Positions 36,290 to 48,892 of a stretch of DNA of 64,000 nucleotides are shown piece by piece. The notes under the pieces were generated by a model. The model was given only the letters and a program-made list of their open reading frames with translations, searched no databases and had not been told where the DNA came from. The translations under genes were made by a program, and so were the position numbers. Source of the stretch: Euglena gracilis (lineage: Eukaryota); assembly GCA_039621445.1 (NCBI GenBank), contig CP154954.1, forward strand, positions 46,293,847-46,357,846, read 5' to 3'. Position 1 is the stretch's first letter, and every line of letters begins with the position of its first letter.

Positions 36290-36690
36290 CTGTGTGGAGG
36301 TGCTTCGGACCAAAGATTTCCAAGGCCGGCAAGATGTGTTATGTACAGATGTGCAAAGGTTGTGGAGCCGAAGTGTCTCTTGTCACTGTGCGAGCCAAAA
36401 CACATGCTGATGGTTGTTTGGAGTTGAAGAAAATGAAGCTGTCGTCAGTGGCGGTTCCCAGAAGCTCCATGGACAGGCGCACAGTGCGCTCTTCAACGTG
36501 CAGATCGCCCGTTTTATATTTGCCAACAACCTTCCCTTCATGTTGGTTGAAGAGCACTCTGAGACCAGTACGAAAGTTCCTTGCAGGCACACTATATCCA
36601 CCACACTGCTAGATGAAGTGTTCCAATCGGAGCGTTCAAGGGTGGCCAAGTGTTTAGAAGGAGAATGGGTCACCGTCTGTGCGGATCAGG
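36290..36690 (+). pseudogene. hAT transposase relic (BED finger + N-terminal region)
   Basis: VWRCF..CKGC..VS..R..H...C; second frame IARFIFANNLPFMLVE, PCRHTISTTLLDEVF...GEWVTVCAD. Confidence 0.65.
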
Positions 36691-36884
36691 GTGGATTCGA
36701 TTCATCGATCAATCGACTAATCGTTTGCGGTCTCGGATTGTTCGGGGGGGGGGAGGGATTAATCGGACCACAAAAAAAGGTCCACAAAAACACAAGATTA
36801 ACATCTCATCACGTCAGTTCCCAAGACCCACATCCCAATGTTGATGACGGAGGGCATAATGAAAAATGTTCTACAAACGTAAAC

Positions 36885-36956
36885 ACACATGTAGCTTAGC
36901 GGTAAAGCGCTCGTTTCACAAGTACGAGGTCGTGGGTTCGACTCCCACCATGTACG
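36885..36956 (+). pseudogene. tRNA-like sequence (Val CAC-like pseudogene or SINE head)
   Basis: 72 nt; D arm GCTT/AAGC, T arm GTGGG-TTCGACT-CCCAC; acceptor stem 5 of 7 pairs; anticodon stem unpaired in canonical register. Confidence 0.55.
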
Positions 36957-38099
36957 AACCCTTTTCACCTTTTCCACAAGTTATTTTTACCAACAAAAGT
37001 CCCACCAAAAAAGACGAGGTTTTCTTTTGTACCTACGACCGCAGGGTCAACGACCGCACGCTCTACCACTGGGCCACTCGCCTTCTGATACCTGGCAAGC
37101 CAGAAAGAAATATACGAGGCTTGAATTTTCAGGTGGTCAAGCAACGTCTATGCAATGGAGGTGATCCTTGAATTGTAGGACTTCATAAAAATTGTTCTGC
37201 AAGATGGTTGAACGCCTGTGTTTCGGCTCGCTCAGGCCAGGCCCCTTTCAGCACACATGATTTTTTTTGGCATTAAACCGGCGTTCGGGTTCAGGACAGA
37301 ACCAGCGTCTCCCAGGATCCTCAACTCTCATTAGGAGACAACCAGATGCCGCGATTCCAAATCCAAAAAAAAAATGGACGGTGGTTTTTTTGAAACCAAC
37401 AAAAGCACTTGTTGTTGCTTTTTTTTGAAGAAGAAAAAAACCCCCCAAATCGCCATCCCTGTCGATGGGCTAAGAAAGAGATGGCCCAAAGCATTCACCA
37501 CAGCTGCTTCCCGATAAACCCACCCACCCGCACATCCATTTGCTTTAAAGAGCATTCTACAACGAGAAAGCAAACTGCTGCATAATTCTTGTACCAACCA
37601 ACCGATCTTTCTATTGCCATTAATGCTGTCGGACAAACAGGCACCAATTAATTGCTTACGGGGGAGAGGGCTTTCTAGGAGTTGGGTGTGCTTTGACATA
37701 CTGACGTGATATGCATTGACGAAAGCTACCCCCCCCCCTTGTGTTTGACAGGTTGGTCCGTGAAACACACCTTGTGTCAACCGCACTTCTCCCATGCCCA
37801 AAATGCCATTTTCTCCATGGTACATTGCACATGTCACAGCATTCAATGACACATACCCCGTGCCAACTTCATGTTCTCTGTATTTTGGTGTTTCACAGAC
37901 AATATACGCCAGGAGAAGGTGCAGGAGACTGCTTTCCATTGTGGACACTATGACAACTACATCTGCCATGTTGTGGTGCCAATTGGGAGACCTGTCTTTG
38001 AGTGGGTCCCCCGGGACCCCCTTGGTGTATCTTGGCCACCCATATCCATTGCATCATCTTGGCGTTGCTCTTCTTCCCCAGCCTCATTGGGTAAGGCCA

Positions 38100-38310
38100 A
38101 GTTCGAGAGTGTTGCCAATACCTCATCTATTTGGGATGGAACAGGTGGCAGGGGAATGTCAGGTGCAGGCAGGTTGGGGTTTGTGGTTGCTGGGACAAGG
38201 ACATGCTTCGTCATGCCTTTCTCCAACACGTTTACGGGCAGTTGTTCCCAGGCATCTAACACCCACGAGACAACGTCACAGCGAGAAGGGGTGACCCACG
38301 GTTTGATCGA
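38100..38310 (-). pseudogene. pogo-like transposase C-terminal fragment
   Basis: TPSRCDVVSWVLDAWEQLPVNVLEKGMTK matches the WV..AW helix after the pogo DDD domain. Confidence 0.5.
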
Positions 38311-38550
38311 AGCAATTTGGTTACCATCCCCCCCATATAAGACCCCCCCCCCTGGCCGGCCGAAGGCCGTCCCTTTGGCCGGGTTCAAGGTTTCAAGGTT
38401 GCCGTCGGTAACTTTTATGTTTCTTGGCGGGGTACCATGCCCCCCCAAATAAGACCCCCCCTGGGACTTTGGCTCCCGAGGGGGGGTCTTATATGGGGGG
38501 GCATGGTACCCCGCCAAGAAACATAAAAGTAACCGACGGCAAACCTTAAA

Positions 38551-40512
38551 AACGTGTTGAGCCCGCCAAATGCCTGCCCTGAAATTCATGGTCATGAACA
38601 CGTTTTCCATGAGGGCATTGTGGCAATGACACGTTTTCCATTAAGGCATCTGTGGTCAGGCACGTTTTCCATTAAGGCATCTGTGGCAACCCCGAGCAAG
38701 AAGCAAAAATCGCTATCACGAAAAATCGGTGAGCAGTTGAGAGGCCGAGGTGGTCCTCAACGAGTGAGGCGGGTCGGGGGCACTCTACAACACAACAGAA
38801 GGCTAGACGTTGCCTTGGAGCACTCCGACACGGAGTGGCGGACATCACGGAACACGACACGATTTACACAAAAAAAGAGCCATACTTTGGTGGCCACCGC
38901 AAATCTTGGCAATGAAAATGATATGCCAAACCGCAGGCGTCACACACAACTTTGTTCAGCTCCACACGATTTGGATTTTTGGGAATGGCAACACCACAAA
39001 AACCACATTTCTCCTGTTTTATAGGCAGTCGGGACACAGCACGAGGCACAGGGGGTTGGTCAGGGGAGGGAGGCGCTACGGAGCTGCTGACAGCAGGAGC
39101 GGAACGTTGCTCGGCGGTGGGAAACACAGACGGAACATCAGTCAGGTCCTGATTTTCGACCGAGTGTTCCTCACTTGGCGGGGCGCAAAAATTTGCCCAA
39201 GTTGACCACCGAGCAACGTTCCGCGCCGTAGCTGATGATGAGCTGCTGATGGGAGGCTGGATTCCAGCTCCCATCCCGTCCAGGCAACAAAGAAAGCATC
39301 CAACTCAGGATAAGAGGCTTGCCGATGTTGACACAGTTTGGCGAACTCCAAACAGTTGGCAACAGCAGCAAGCTCTGCACCTACGGAGCCAGACTTTTTC
39401 TTCGTGTTGCCCTGTGCCAGCAAGGGGGTCAACCTTCGGCTTCTTGCAGGGGGGGGGGATGCGCTGGGTGGCCCTCGCAAAAATGCGCAAATATGTGCAA
39501 AAAATGCGCAAAAAAATGCGCAAAAAATGCGCTGAGTTTGTACATTCCTAAGAGAAAAAGGACTTAGAAAAATTTCCAACAATGAGCCCAAAATTAAACC
39601 AAAATCACCAAAAACAGCTGAAATGAAGGCATTTTTGGCCAAAAAAAATGCATCAGCAAGGCGTCACTCTCTGTTCACCATAACCAACAATGTCAGCCAT
39701 GGTGCTTCTTACTTGTGACCAGGGGAGTAGGATTCGATGCGGGGTCTCTGAAAACCCTAGTGTCCTCATCATCATTAGATGAACACCCACACCTCATCAC
39801 CCAAAGCTTTTTTCTTGAATATGGACAAAATGTCTCCAAAAAGTGAAAAAAAAAAGGTGGGAAAATGCAAAAAATGCGCAAAAAGCCGAACAGAGCGCAA
39901 CAACATAACTCAGCATCAATGCAACATTGGTCAAAGAGCAATTTGATAATACACAATCAAAATAAAAAAAACCAAAATGAAACTGCAACATGTAAAAAAA
40001 AGCCGGAAATTCTTAAGATGCAAAAAAAATGCGCGAAAAAAATCGAAAAATGCACAAAAAATCGAAAAAATGCGCGAAAAAATCGAAAAATTGCACACAA
40101 AAATGCGAAAAAATGCGCAAAAATGCGCATTTTCCCAAAAATCCAGAAAATGCGCAAAAAAAAAACGCAAAAATGCGAAAAAATGCGAAACACATTCCCC
40201 CCCCCCGCTCCTTGGCATCTTGCTGGTATACCGCGAGAGCAGCTAGGAACAGTCCCCAAAAGACCATTCACAAAGTTTGCCGTGTGTTTAGCCATAATAG
40301 GAGGGCTGCGGAAAAAGGGGGGGGTGACACGTTTTCCATTAGGGCATTTGTGGCAATGACACGTTTTCCATTAAGACATCTGTGGTCAGGCACGTTTTCC
40401 ATTAGGGCGCTGTTTTTTTGGGTCCGAACTTCACATTTTCGCGTTTTTGACCCCTTGCGTGAATCATGACCACGAATTTCAGGGCAGGCATTTGGCGGGC
40501 TCTGAACACGTT
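38551..40512 (-). mobile_element. Internally deleted TIR element with CENP-B-like HTH and PHD-finger relics
   Basis: ~46-bp TIRs (38551-38597 / 40464-40512), subterminal CACGTTTTCCATTA repeats; RQASYPELDAFFVAW; CGFC..CDAC....HFHC..(frameshift)LCKSC. Confidence 0.6.
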
Positions 40513-41785
40513 TTTAAACAAATTTGTGGCTGAGCCCAGATTTCAGCCTGAAAACGTGTTCAGGGGGCCCCCTTCGGGGACCCCTCCTGAACACGTTTTC
40601 AGGATGAAATCTGGACTCAGCCACAATTTGTGTGTAGAAAGGCCTGTCCACCACAAAATCCATCACTTGGAAAGCGCCAGTGCATCTAGAGGGGATGAAT
40701 GCTACATTGATGCCTCCTGGACATGCCTAGGCTGGTTACATTTTCCTGCTGGTTTTCTAAAAGTAAAACCAAGAGAGCAATGGAAAGCCAAGGTGACTGT
40801 TCAACCGTGGTTGCCAAGACGACGGTTTGCTTGTGGTCGCAAAGAACTACAAGGATATTGTTTGCATGCAAGGGGTCATCATTGGGAGGCGGTTGCCACA
40901 CACCACGACCGTGGGTGGAGTTCCAGAAAAAAATTGCTGCCTCTATAGCGCACCATGGGAGGTTTGGCAACCCCCCCCCAGGTGGTCGGACCCCCTCGGC
41001 ACGGCAAAATGGCACCCCCCCCCCCCCCGTCAGCTGACCCCCCCTCACAGCATATGCCGAACCATACCAATGAATTTTCCTTTGGGAAATCCCGGCTGTC
41101 CGCCACGGTGGACCCCCCCTCGGCACGGCAGAAAGCAGTGCGCATGTTGCTTTGCCCTCTTTTTTTTGTCACAGGACATTACCGCTGGTTGATCGTGGCT
41201 GGTCTTGCTCTGGCATTGCCATCCGTTGTTTTTACCTTTGCAGCAGCAGGCAGGGAGGCCTTTCCCTTTTACCCTTTGCTTCCCCAAAAGGCTGGGCCGT
41301 TTCATTTTTTTTAGGAACGTTGGTTCTGTCCGTGAGAAAGGGGTGGGGAACGCCGGTTCTGTCCAAAACCCGGCGTCCCTAACGCCGGTTCTCTGTGGGT
41401 GACACTGCATAGTCTGGGGTTCGGCATGTCTGACGAGGACCCTCGGCCACCAGGGGGGGGTCTCCATTTTGCCATTTGTCTGCAGGGCTTTTTTTGCCTC
41501 CCTCCATCCCCACAACACACGCTTCACCGCCATGTTGCGAGTGGGGAATTCATTGGGTTGCATGAAATGCTGCCGGTTTCATCTGACGGCTGGTGCAATG
41601 CCATCTGCCGCCTCAACGAGCAGAAGCACGGGGGAGGGGGTGTTGGCTGGGACCACCAACCGCCGCCTGAGGGACAGTGGAATTCAAGATTGTTACCCAC
41701 ATGACGCAGCCATGCGCCATCTGCTATAAACTGATCACCCCTAACTTCACCTCTAAAGTACAAGTCATTTATACACCCCTTTGAG

Positions 41786-42955
41786 CAAGGATGGATATTG
41801 ATAACTGTGACCCCCCCCTATTTGTCCCCCCCCCCTAATTGGCCAGAGCCCAGGTGGCCAATTAAGGGGGGGTTACTCATTTCAAGGGAAAATGCCTTCA
41901 TTCGGGTGTTTTTCGGGGGTTCGCGACCATGAAGGACGGGGCCCAGGTGGCCAATTAGGGGGGGGTTGGGGGTAACCCCCCCCTAATTGCCCCCCTCCCC
42001 CCCCTAATTGGCCAAAGGGGGGTCCGGGCCACCCAGAAGGCAGCCAAATAGGGGGGGGGGGTCACGTTATTGGGTTTGGGGGGGGGGGTCCCGATAAAAC
42101 CCGATATATTGACCCCCCGATATCCTCGATAAATCCAATAATTTCGATGTGGAGATGGAAAAAAAGACCCAAGTACCATGCCCCCCTATGCTATTCCCGT
42201 CCCCGGGACCCTTTACGGTCCAATGGGAACAGTACGGGGGGGGGGACAGCTTGTGGGGGGACCTAGGTCCCCCCCCCCCCGAGCTATTCCCATATCCGAC
42301 CCTCGGGCAACCCAAAAGGGGTCATTTTTGGCAACTTTTTTGGACGTTCGCAAAAAAAGGGTCAATTTTAAGCACATTTGCCAAAAAGTGATTTTTGAAA
42401 ACGTCCCAAAAACGTCGATTTTTGACCACTTTTTGGGGAATTCCTTGGTAAAAAGTGCTATGACGGTGAGCTATTCCCGTCCCCCCTATGGGAATAGCTC
42501 GGGGGGGGGGCATGGTACACACAATTCTGCCATTTTTTTTACTAATTCTGACAATTCCATCCGATTTTTGGGTCCTTCTATTGTCATCGTAAAGTATTTC
42601 CATTTAAAAAGTTTTCAACGAAGTGACAAAATTTACCTTGAAAGAGTGGAGGGTGCCCTCCAACCATGGTAAGTCCCCAGCCTCCACCGCAGAACACACC
42701 AAAGCAAGCAAAGCCAAGACTAAAGCAACCCAAAGCGCGGAGGTTCACCAGGGAAACACCCCCCCCCCACCACAAGGCGGCCCACCAACACAAAAAAAAA
42801 AGACCGGTTGAAATTTGCCTCTCAAAAAAATCCGTTGACATCAGGGGTTCCCCCCCCCCCGATAAAGTCGATATTTTACGCTATTTTTGGGGGACCCGAT
42901 AAATTCGAGATTTTCAATAAACCCGATATGGGCCGATAATCAATATCCATCCTTG
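41786..42955. mobile_element. TIR element with ~7-bp TSD; nested TA-MITE at 42176-42515
   Basis: TIR CAAGGATGGATATTGAT, flanks ctttgag/ctctgag. Confidence 0.68.
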
Positions 42956-43924
42956 CTCTGAGTCAAGTGAACAGCACTCGTTACTGTGTTCTCTCCTAAC
43001 TCTGCCACCGTTGGATGTATTTTAGTTGATGTATTTAATTATTTAGATTTGTGATTCCAGCTTGCTCACTAAACAGCTAGTAGGGTTTTTTTAAAAAAGA
43101 ATATTTCTCATCCGTCTTGGCAAAAGACTGGAGGGCTTCAGTGGACAAGGGAATGTGCTCAATCGTCGTGTTTTAGCATAAGAGCCCAACACGCGATTTT
43201 TTTGCATTTCACATCACAAGGGTTTGCATTTGCTGTCAAATTGTGCATTTTATCTCGCAAATGCCTACAAATTTTACCCAAAACAATGCAATTTAACCAA
43301 AAAATAATGCATCTTTTTCGAAAAAAATTGCATCGACCTGCAGCACTGCGCCCCGTGAGGGGTAGCTACATCCTGGGGGGGGGGTAGTGGGGGTCGACCA
43401 TGGTCCACCCACGGTCGCCCTCGGTCGTGGGGGTCGACCGAGGCCAGGCCGTATTCGGTCGTGGGGGTCGACCGAGGGCGACCATGGTCGACCCCCACCC
43501 CATGACGGGAACCCCCCCCCCTTTTCAGGGGCGACCATGGTCGACCCCCACCCCACGACGGGAACCCCCCCCTTTTGAAGGGCGACCATGGTCGACCCCC
43601 ACCCCACGACGGGAAACCCCACCCCCTTTTGAAGGGCGACCATGGTCGACCCCCACCCCATGACGGGAACCACCCCCCTTTCAGGGGCGACCATGGTCGA
43701 CCCCCACCCCACGACGGGAAACCACCCCCCGGTAGGGGGGCGACCATGGTCGACCCCCACCCCACGACGGGAAACCCCCCCCTTTTGAAGGGCGACCATG
43801 GTCGACCCCCACCCCACGACGGGAAACCCCCCCTTTTGAAGGGCGACCATGGTCGACCCCCACCCCACGACGGGAAACCCCCCCTTTTGAAGGGCCACCA
43901 TGGTCGACCCCCACCCCAAGACAT

Positions 43925-46900
43925 GCCCCCCAAAACGGGTGGGCAACAAAAGGGATTTGCCCCAAATCAGTTGGGCAACAAAAGGTATTTGCCCCCCAAA
44001 ACGGGTGGGTAACACAGGGGATTTTGTTATTTTGGGGCCTTGGAACAGTTGGGCAACAAAAGGGATTTGCCCCCCAAATCAGTTGGGTAACACAAGGGAT
44101 TTTGTTATTTTGGGGCCCTCGAACAGTTGGGGGTGTCTGGGACGCGGGGGGGACGCGGGGGGGGACGCGGGGGGGGACGCGGGGGAGACGCCATTTTTGG
44201 GACGGTGAATTAGTAGTAGTGATTAGGAATTTGCTACGAGAAAATTTTAGCCAAATTAGGATTCTACCACAACAAATTAGGAATCACCTACCCCAAATTA
44301 GGAATCACCCACCACAAGTTAGGAATCACCCACACCAAATTAGGAATCACCAACCCCAAATTTGCCTGAAATTAGGAATCAGCCTCCTAAATTTGGCTGT
44401 CTCGAGAACAAAATTTTGGTTCCAAAGTGGGACGCGGGGGGGACGCGGGGGGGACGCGGGGGAGACACCCCCGTTGGGCAGCAAAAGGGATTTGCCCCCC
44501 AAAACGGGTGGGTAACACAAGGGATTTTGTTATTTTGGGGCCCTGGAACAGTTGGGCAGCAAAAGGGATTTGCCCCCCAAAACGGGTGGGTAACACAAGG
44601 GATTTTGTTATTTTGGGGCCCTGGAACAGTTGGGCAGCAAAAGGGATTTGCCCCCCAAAACGGGTGGGTAACACAAGGGATTTTGTTATTTTGGGGCCCT
44701 CGAACAATTGGGCAACAAAAGGGATTTGCCCCCCAAATGAGTTGGGCAACAAAAGGGATTTGCCCCCCAAAACGGGTGGATAACACAAGGGATTTTGTTA
44801 TTTTGGGGCCCTCGAACAGTTGGGCAACAAAAGGGATTTGCCCCCCAAATCAGTTGGGCAACAAAAGGGATTTGCCCCCCAAAACGGGTGGGTAACACAA
44901 GGGATTTTGTTATTTTGGGGCCCTGGAACAGTTGGGCAACAAAAGGGATTAGCCCCCCAAAACGGGTGGGTAACACAAGGGATTTTGTTATTTTGGGGCC
45001 CTCGAACAGTTGGGCAACAAAAGGGATTTGCCCCCCAAATGAGTTGGGCAACAAAAGGGATTTGCCCCCCCCCAATCAGTTGGGCAACAAAAGGGATTTG
45101 CCCCCCAAATCAGTTGGGCAACAAAAGGGATTTGCCCCCCAAAACGGGTGGGTAACACAAGGGATTTTGTTATTTTGGGGCCCTGGAACAGTTGGGCAGC
45201 AAAAGGGATTTGCCCCCCAAAACGGGTGGGTAACACAAGGGATTTTGTTATTTTGGGGCCCTGGAACAGTTGGGCAACAAAAGGGATTTGCCCCCCAAAA
45301 CGGGTGGATAACACAAGGGATTTTGTTATTTTGGGGCCCTCGAACAGTTGGGCAACAAAAGGGATTTGCCCCCCAAATCAGTTGGGCAACAAAAGGGATT
45401 TGCCCCCCAAAACGGGTGGGTAACACAAGGGATTTTGTTATTTTGGGGCCCTGGAACAGTTGGGCAACAAAAGGGATTTGCCCCCCAAAACGGGTGGGTA
45501 ACACAAGGGATTTTGTTATTTTGGGGCCCTCGAAGAGTTGGGCAACAAAAGGGATTTGCCCCCCAAATGAGTTGGGCAACAAAAGGGATTTGCCCCCCCC
45601 AATCAGTTGGGCAACAAAAGGGATTTGCCCCCCCAAAACGAGTGGGTAACACAAGGGATTTTGTTATTTTGGGGCCCTGGAACAATTGGGCAACAAAAGG
45701 GATTTGCCCCCCAAATCAGTTGGGCAACAAAAGGGATTTGCCCCCCAAAACGGGTGGGTAACACAAGGGATTTTGTTATTTTGGGGCGCTCGAACAGTTG
45801 GGCAGCAAAAGGGATTTGCCCCCCAAATCAGTTGGGCAACAAAAGGGATTTGCCCCCCAAAACGGGTGGGTAACACAAGGGATTTTGTTATTTTGGGGCC
45901 CTGGAACAATTGGGCAACAAAAGGGATTTGCCCCCCAAATCAGTTGGGCAACAAAAGGGATTTGCCCCCCAAAACGGGTGGGTAACACAAGGGATTTTGT
46001 TGTTTTGGGGCCCTCGAACAGTTGGGCAGCAAAAGGGATTTGCCCCCCAAAACGGGTGGGTAACACAAGGGATTTTGTTATTTTGGGGCCCTCGAACAAT
46101 TGAGCAACAAAAGGGATTTGCCCCCCAAATGAGTTGGGCAACAAAAGGGATTTGCCCCCCAAAACGGGTGGGTAACACAAGGGATTTTGTTATTTTGGGG
46201 CCCTCGAACAGTTGGGCAACAAAAGGGATTTGCCCCCCAAATCAGTTGGGCAACAAAAGGGATTTGCCCCCGAAAACGGGTGGGTAACACAAGGGATTTT
46301 GTTATTTTGGGGCCCTGGAACAGTTGGGCAGCAAAAGGGATTAGCCCCCCAAAACGGGTGGGTAGCACAAGGGATTTTGTTATTTTGGGGCCCTCGAACA
46401 GTTGGGCAACAAAAGGGATTTGCACCCCAAATGAGTTGGGCAACAAAAGGGATTTGCCCCCCCAATCAGTTGGGCAACAAAAGGGATTTGCCCCCCAAAA
46501 CGAGTGGGTAACACAAGGGATTTTGTTATTTTGGGGCCCTGGAACAATTGGGCAACAAAAGGGATTTGCCCCCCAAATCAGTTGGGCAACAAAAGGGATT
46601 TGCCCCCCAAAACGGGTGGGTAACACAAGGGATTTTGTTATTTTGGGGCCCTCGAACAGTTGGGCAGCAAAAGGGATTTGCCCCCCAAAACGGGTGGGTA
46701 ACACAAGGGATTTTGTTATTTTGGGGCCCTGGAACAGTTGGGCAACAAAAGGGATTTGCCCCCCAAAACGGGTGGGTAACACAAGGGATTTTGTTATTTC
46801 GGGGCCCTCGAACAGTTGGGCAACAAAAGGGATTTGCCCCCCAAATGAGTTGGGCAACAAAAGGGATTTGCCTCCCCAATCAGTTGGGCAACAAAAGGGA

Positions 46901-48892
46901 TTTGCCCCCCAAAGCGAGTGGGTAACACAAGGGATTTTGTTATTTTGGGGCCCTCGAACAGTTGGGCAACAAAAGGGATTTGCCCCCCAAATGAGTTGGG
47001 CAACAAAAGGGATTTGCCCCCCCCAATCAGTTGGGCAACAAAAGGGATTTGCCCCCCAAATCAGTTGGGCAACAAAAGGGATTTGCCCCCCAAAACGGGT
47101 GGGTAACACAAGGGATTTTGTTATTTTGGGGCCCTGGAACAGTTGGGCAGCAAAAGGGATTTGCCCCCCAAAACGGGTGGGTAACACAAGGGATTTTGTT
47201 ATTTTGGGGCCCTGGAACAGTTGGGCAACAAAAGGGATTTGCCCCCCAAAACGGGTGGATAACACAAGGGATTTTGTTATTTTGGGGCCCTCGAACAGTT
47301 GGGCAACAAAAGGGATTTGCCCCCCAAATCAGTTGGGCAACAAAAGGGATTTGCCCCCCAAAACGGGTGGGTAACACAAGGGATTTTGTTATTTTGGGGC
47401 GCTCGAACAGTTGGGCAGCAAAAGGGATTTGCCCCCCAAATCAGTTGGGCAACAAAAGGGATTTGCCCCCCAAAACGGGTGGGTAACACAAGGGATTTTG
47501 TTATTTTGGGGCCCTGGAACAATTGGGCAACAAAAGGGATTTGCCCCCCAAATCAGTTGGGCAACAAAAGGGATTTGCCCCCCAAAACGGGTGGGTAACA
47601 CCAGGGATTTTGTTGTTTTGGGGCCCTCGAACAGTTGGGCAGCAAAAGGGATTTGCCCCCCAAAACGGGTGGGTAACACAAGGGATTTTGTTATTTTGGG
47701 GCCCTCGAACAATTGAGCAACAAAAGGGATTTGCCCCCCAAATGAGTTGGGCAACAAAAGGGATTTGCCCCCCAAAACAAGTGGATAACACAAGGGATTT
47801 TGTTATTTTGGGGCCCTCGAACAGTTGGGCAACAAAAGGGATTTGCCCCCCAAATCAGTTGGGCAACAAAAGGGATTTGCCCCCCAAAACGGGTGGGTAA
47901 CACAAGGGATTTTGTTATTTTGGGGCCCTGGAACAGTTGGGCAGCAAAAGGGATTAGCCCCCCAAAACGGGTGGGTAGCACAAGGGATTTTGTTATTTTG
48001 GGGCCCTCGAACAGTTGGGCAACAAAAGGGATTTGCCCCCCAAATGAGTTGGGCAACAAAAGGGATTTGCCCCCCCAATCAGTTGGGCAACAAAAGGGAT
48101 TTGCCCCCCCAAAACGAGTGGGTAACACAAGGGATTTTGTTATTTTGGGGCCCTGGAACAATTGGGCAACAAAAGGGATTTGCCCCCCAAATCAGTTGGG
48201 CAACAAAAGGGATTTGCCCCCCAAAACGGGTGGGTAACACAAGGGATTTTGTTATTTTTGGGCCCTCGAACAATTGGGCAGCAAAAGGGATTTGCCCCCC
48301 AAAACGGGTGGGTAACACAAGGGATTTTGTTATTTTGGGGCCCTCGAACCGTTGGGCAACAAAAGGGATTTGCCCCCCAAAACGGGTGGGTAACACAAGG
48401 GATTTTGTTATTTTGGGGCCCTCGAACAGTTGGGCAGCAAAAGGGATTTGCCCCCCAAATGAGTTGGGCAACAAAAGGGATTTGCCCCCCAAAACGGGTG
48501 GGTAACACAAGGGATTTTGTTATTTTGGGGCCCTGGAACAATTGGGCAACAAAAGGGATTTGCCCCCCAAATCAGTTGGGCAACAAAAGGGATTTGCCCC
48601 CCAAAACGGGTGGGTAACACAAGGGATTTTGTTATTTTGGGGCCCTCGAACAGTTGGGCAGCAAAAGGGATTTGCCCCCCCAAAACGGGTGGGTAACACA
48701 AGGGATTTTGTTATTTTGGGGCCCTCGAACAGTTGGGCAGCAAAAGGGATTTGCCCCCCAAAACGGGTGGGTAACACAAGGGATTTTGTTATTTTGGGGC
48801 CCTCGAACAGTTGGGCAACAAAAGGTATTTGCCCCCCAAATCAGTTGGGCAACAAAAGGGATTTGCCCCCCAAAACGGGTGGGTAACACAAG
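43925..48892 (+). repeat. Tandem satellite of ~34-bp and ~44-bp modules (34/78/112-bp periods)
   Basis: CAGTTGGGCAACAAAAGGGATTTGCCCCCCAAA alternating with CGGGTGGGTAACACAAGGGATTTTGTTATTTTGGGGCCCT(C/G)GAA. Confidence 0.95.
44129..44472. mobile_element. Second copy of the 3-bp-TSD MITE, inserted in the satellite
   Basis: GGGGGTGTCT...AGACACCCCC, TSD gtt. Confidence 0.68.

Noticed and set aside
37331-37969. 212-aa minus-strand ORF
   Set aside because: No recognisable motif; lies among transposon relics and cannot be assigned.
43925-48892. CRISPR-like array or repeat-protein ORFs (up to 395 aa)
   Set aside because: The intervening modules are themselves repeated, there are no unique spacers or cas genes, and the ORFs occur in several frames on both strands as repeat artefacts.
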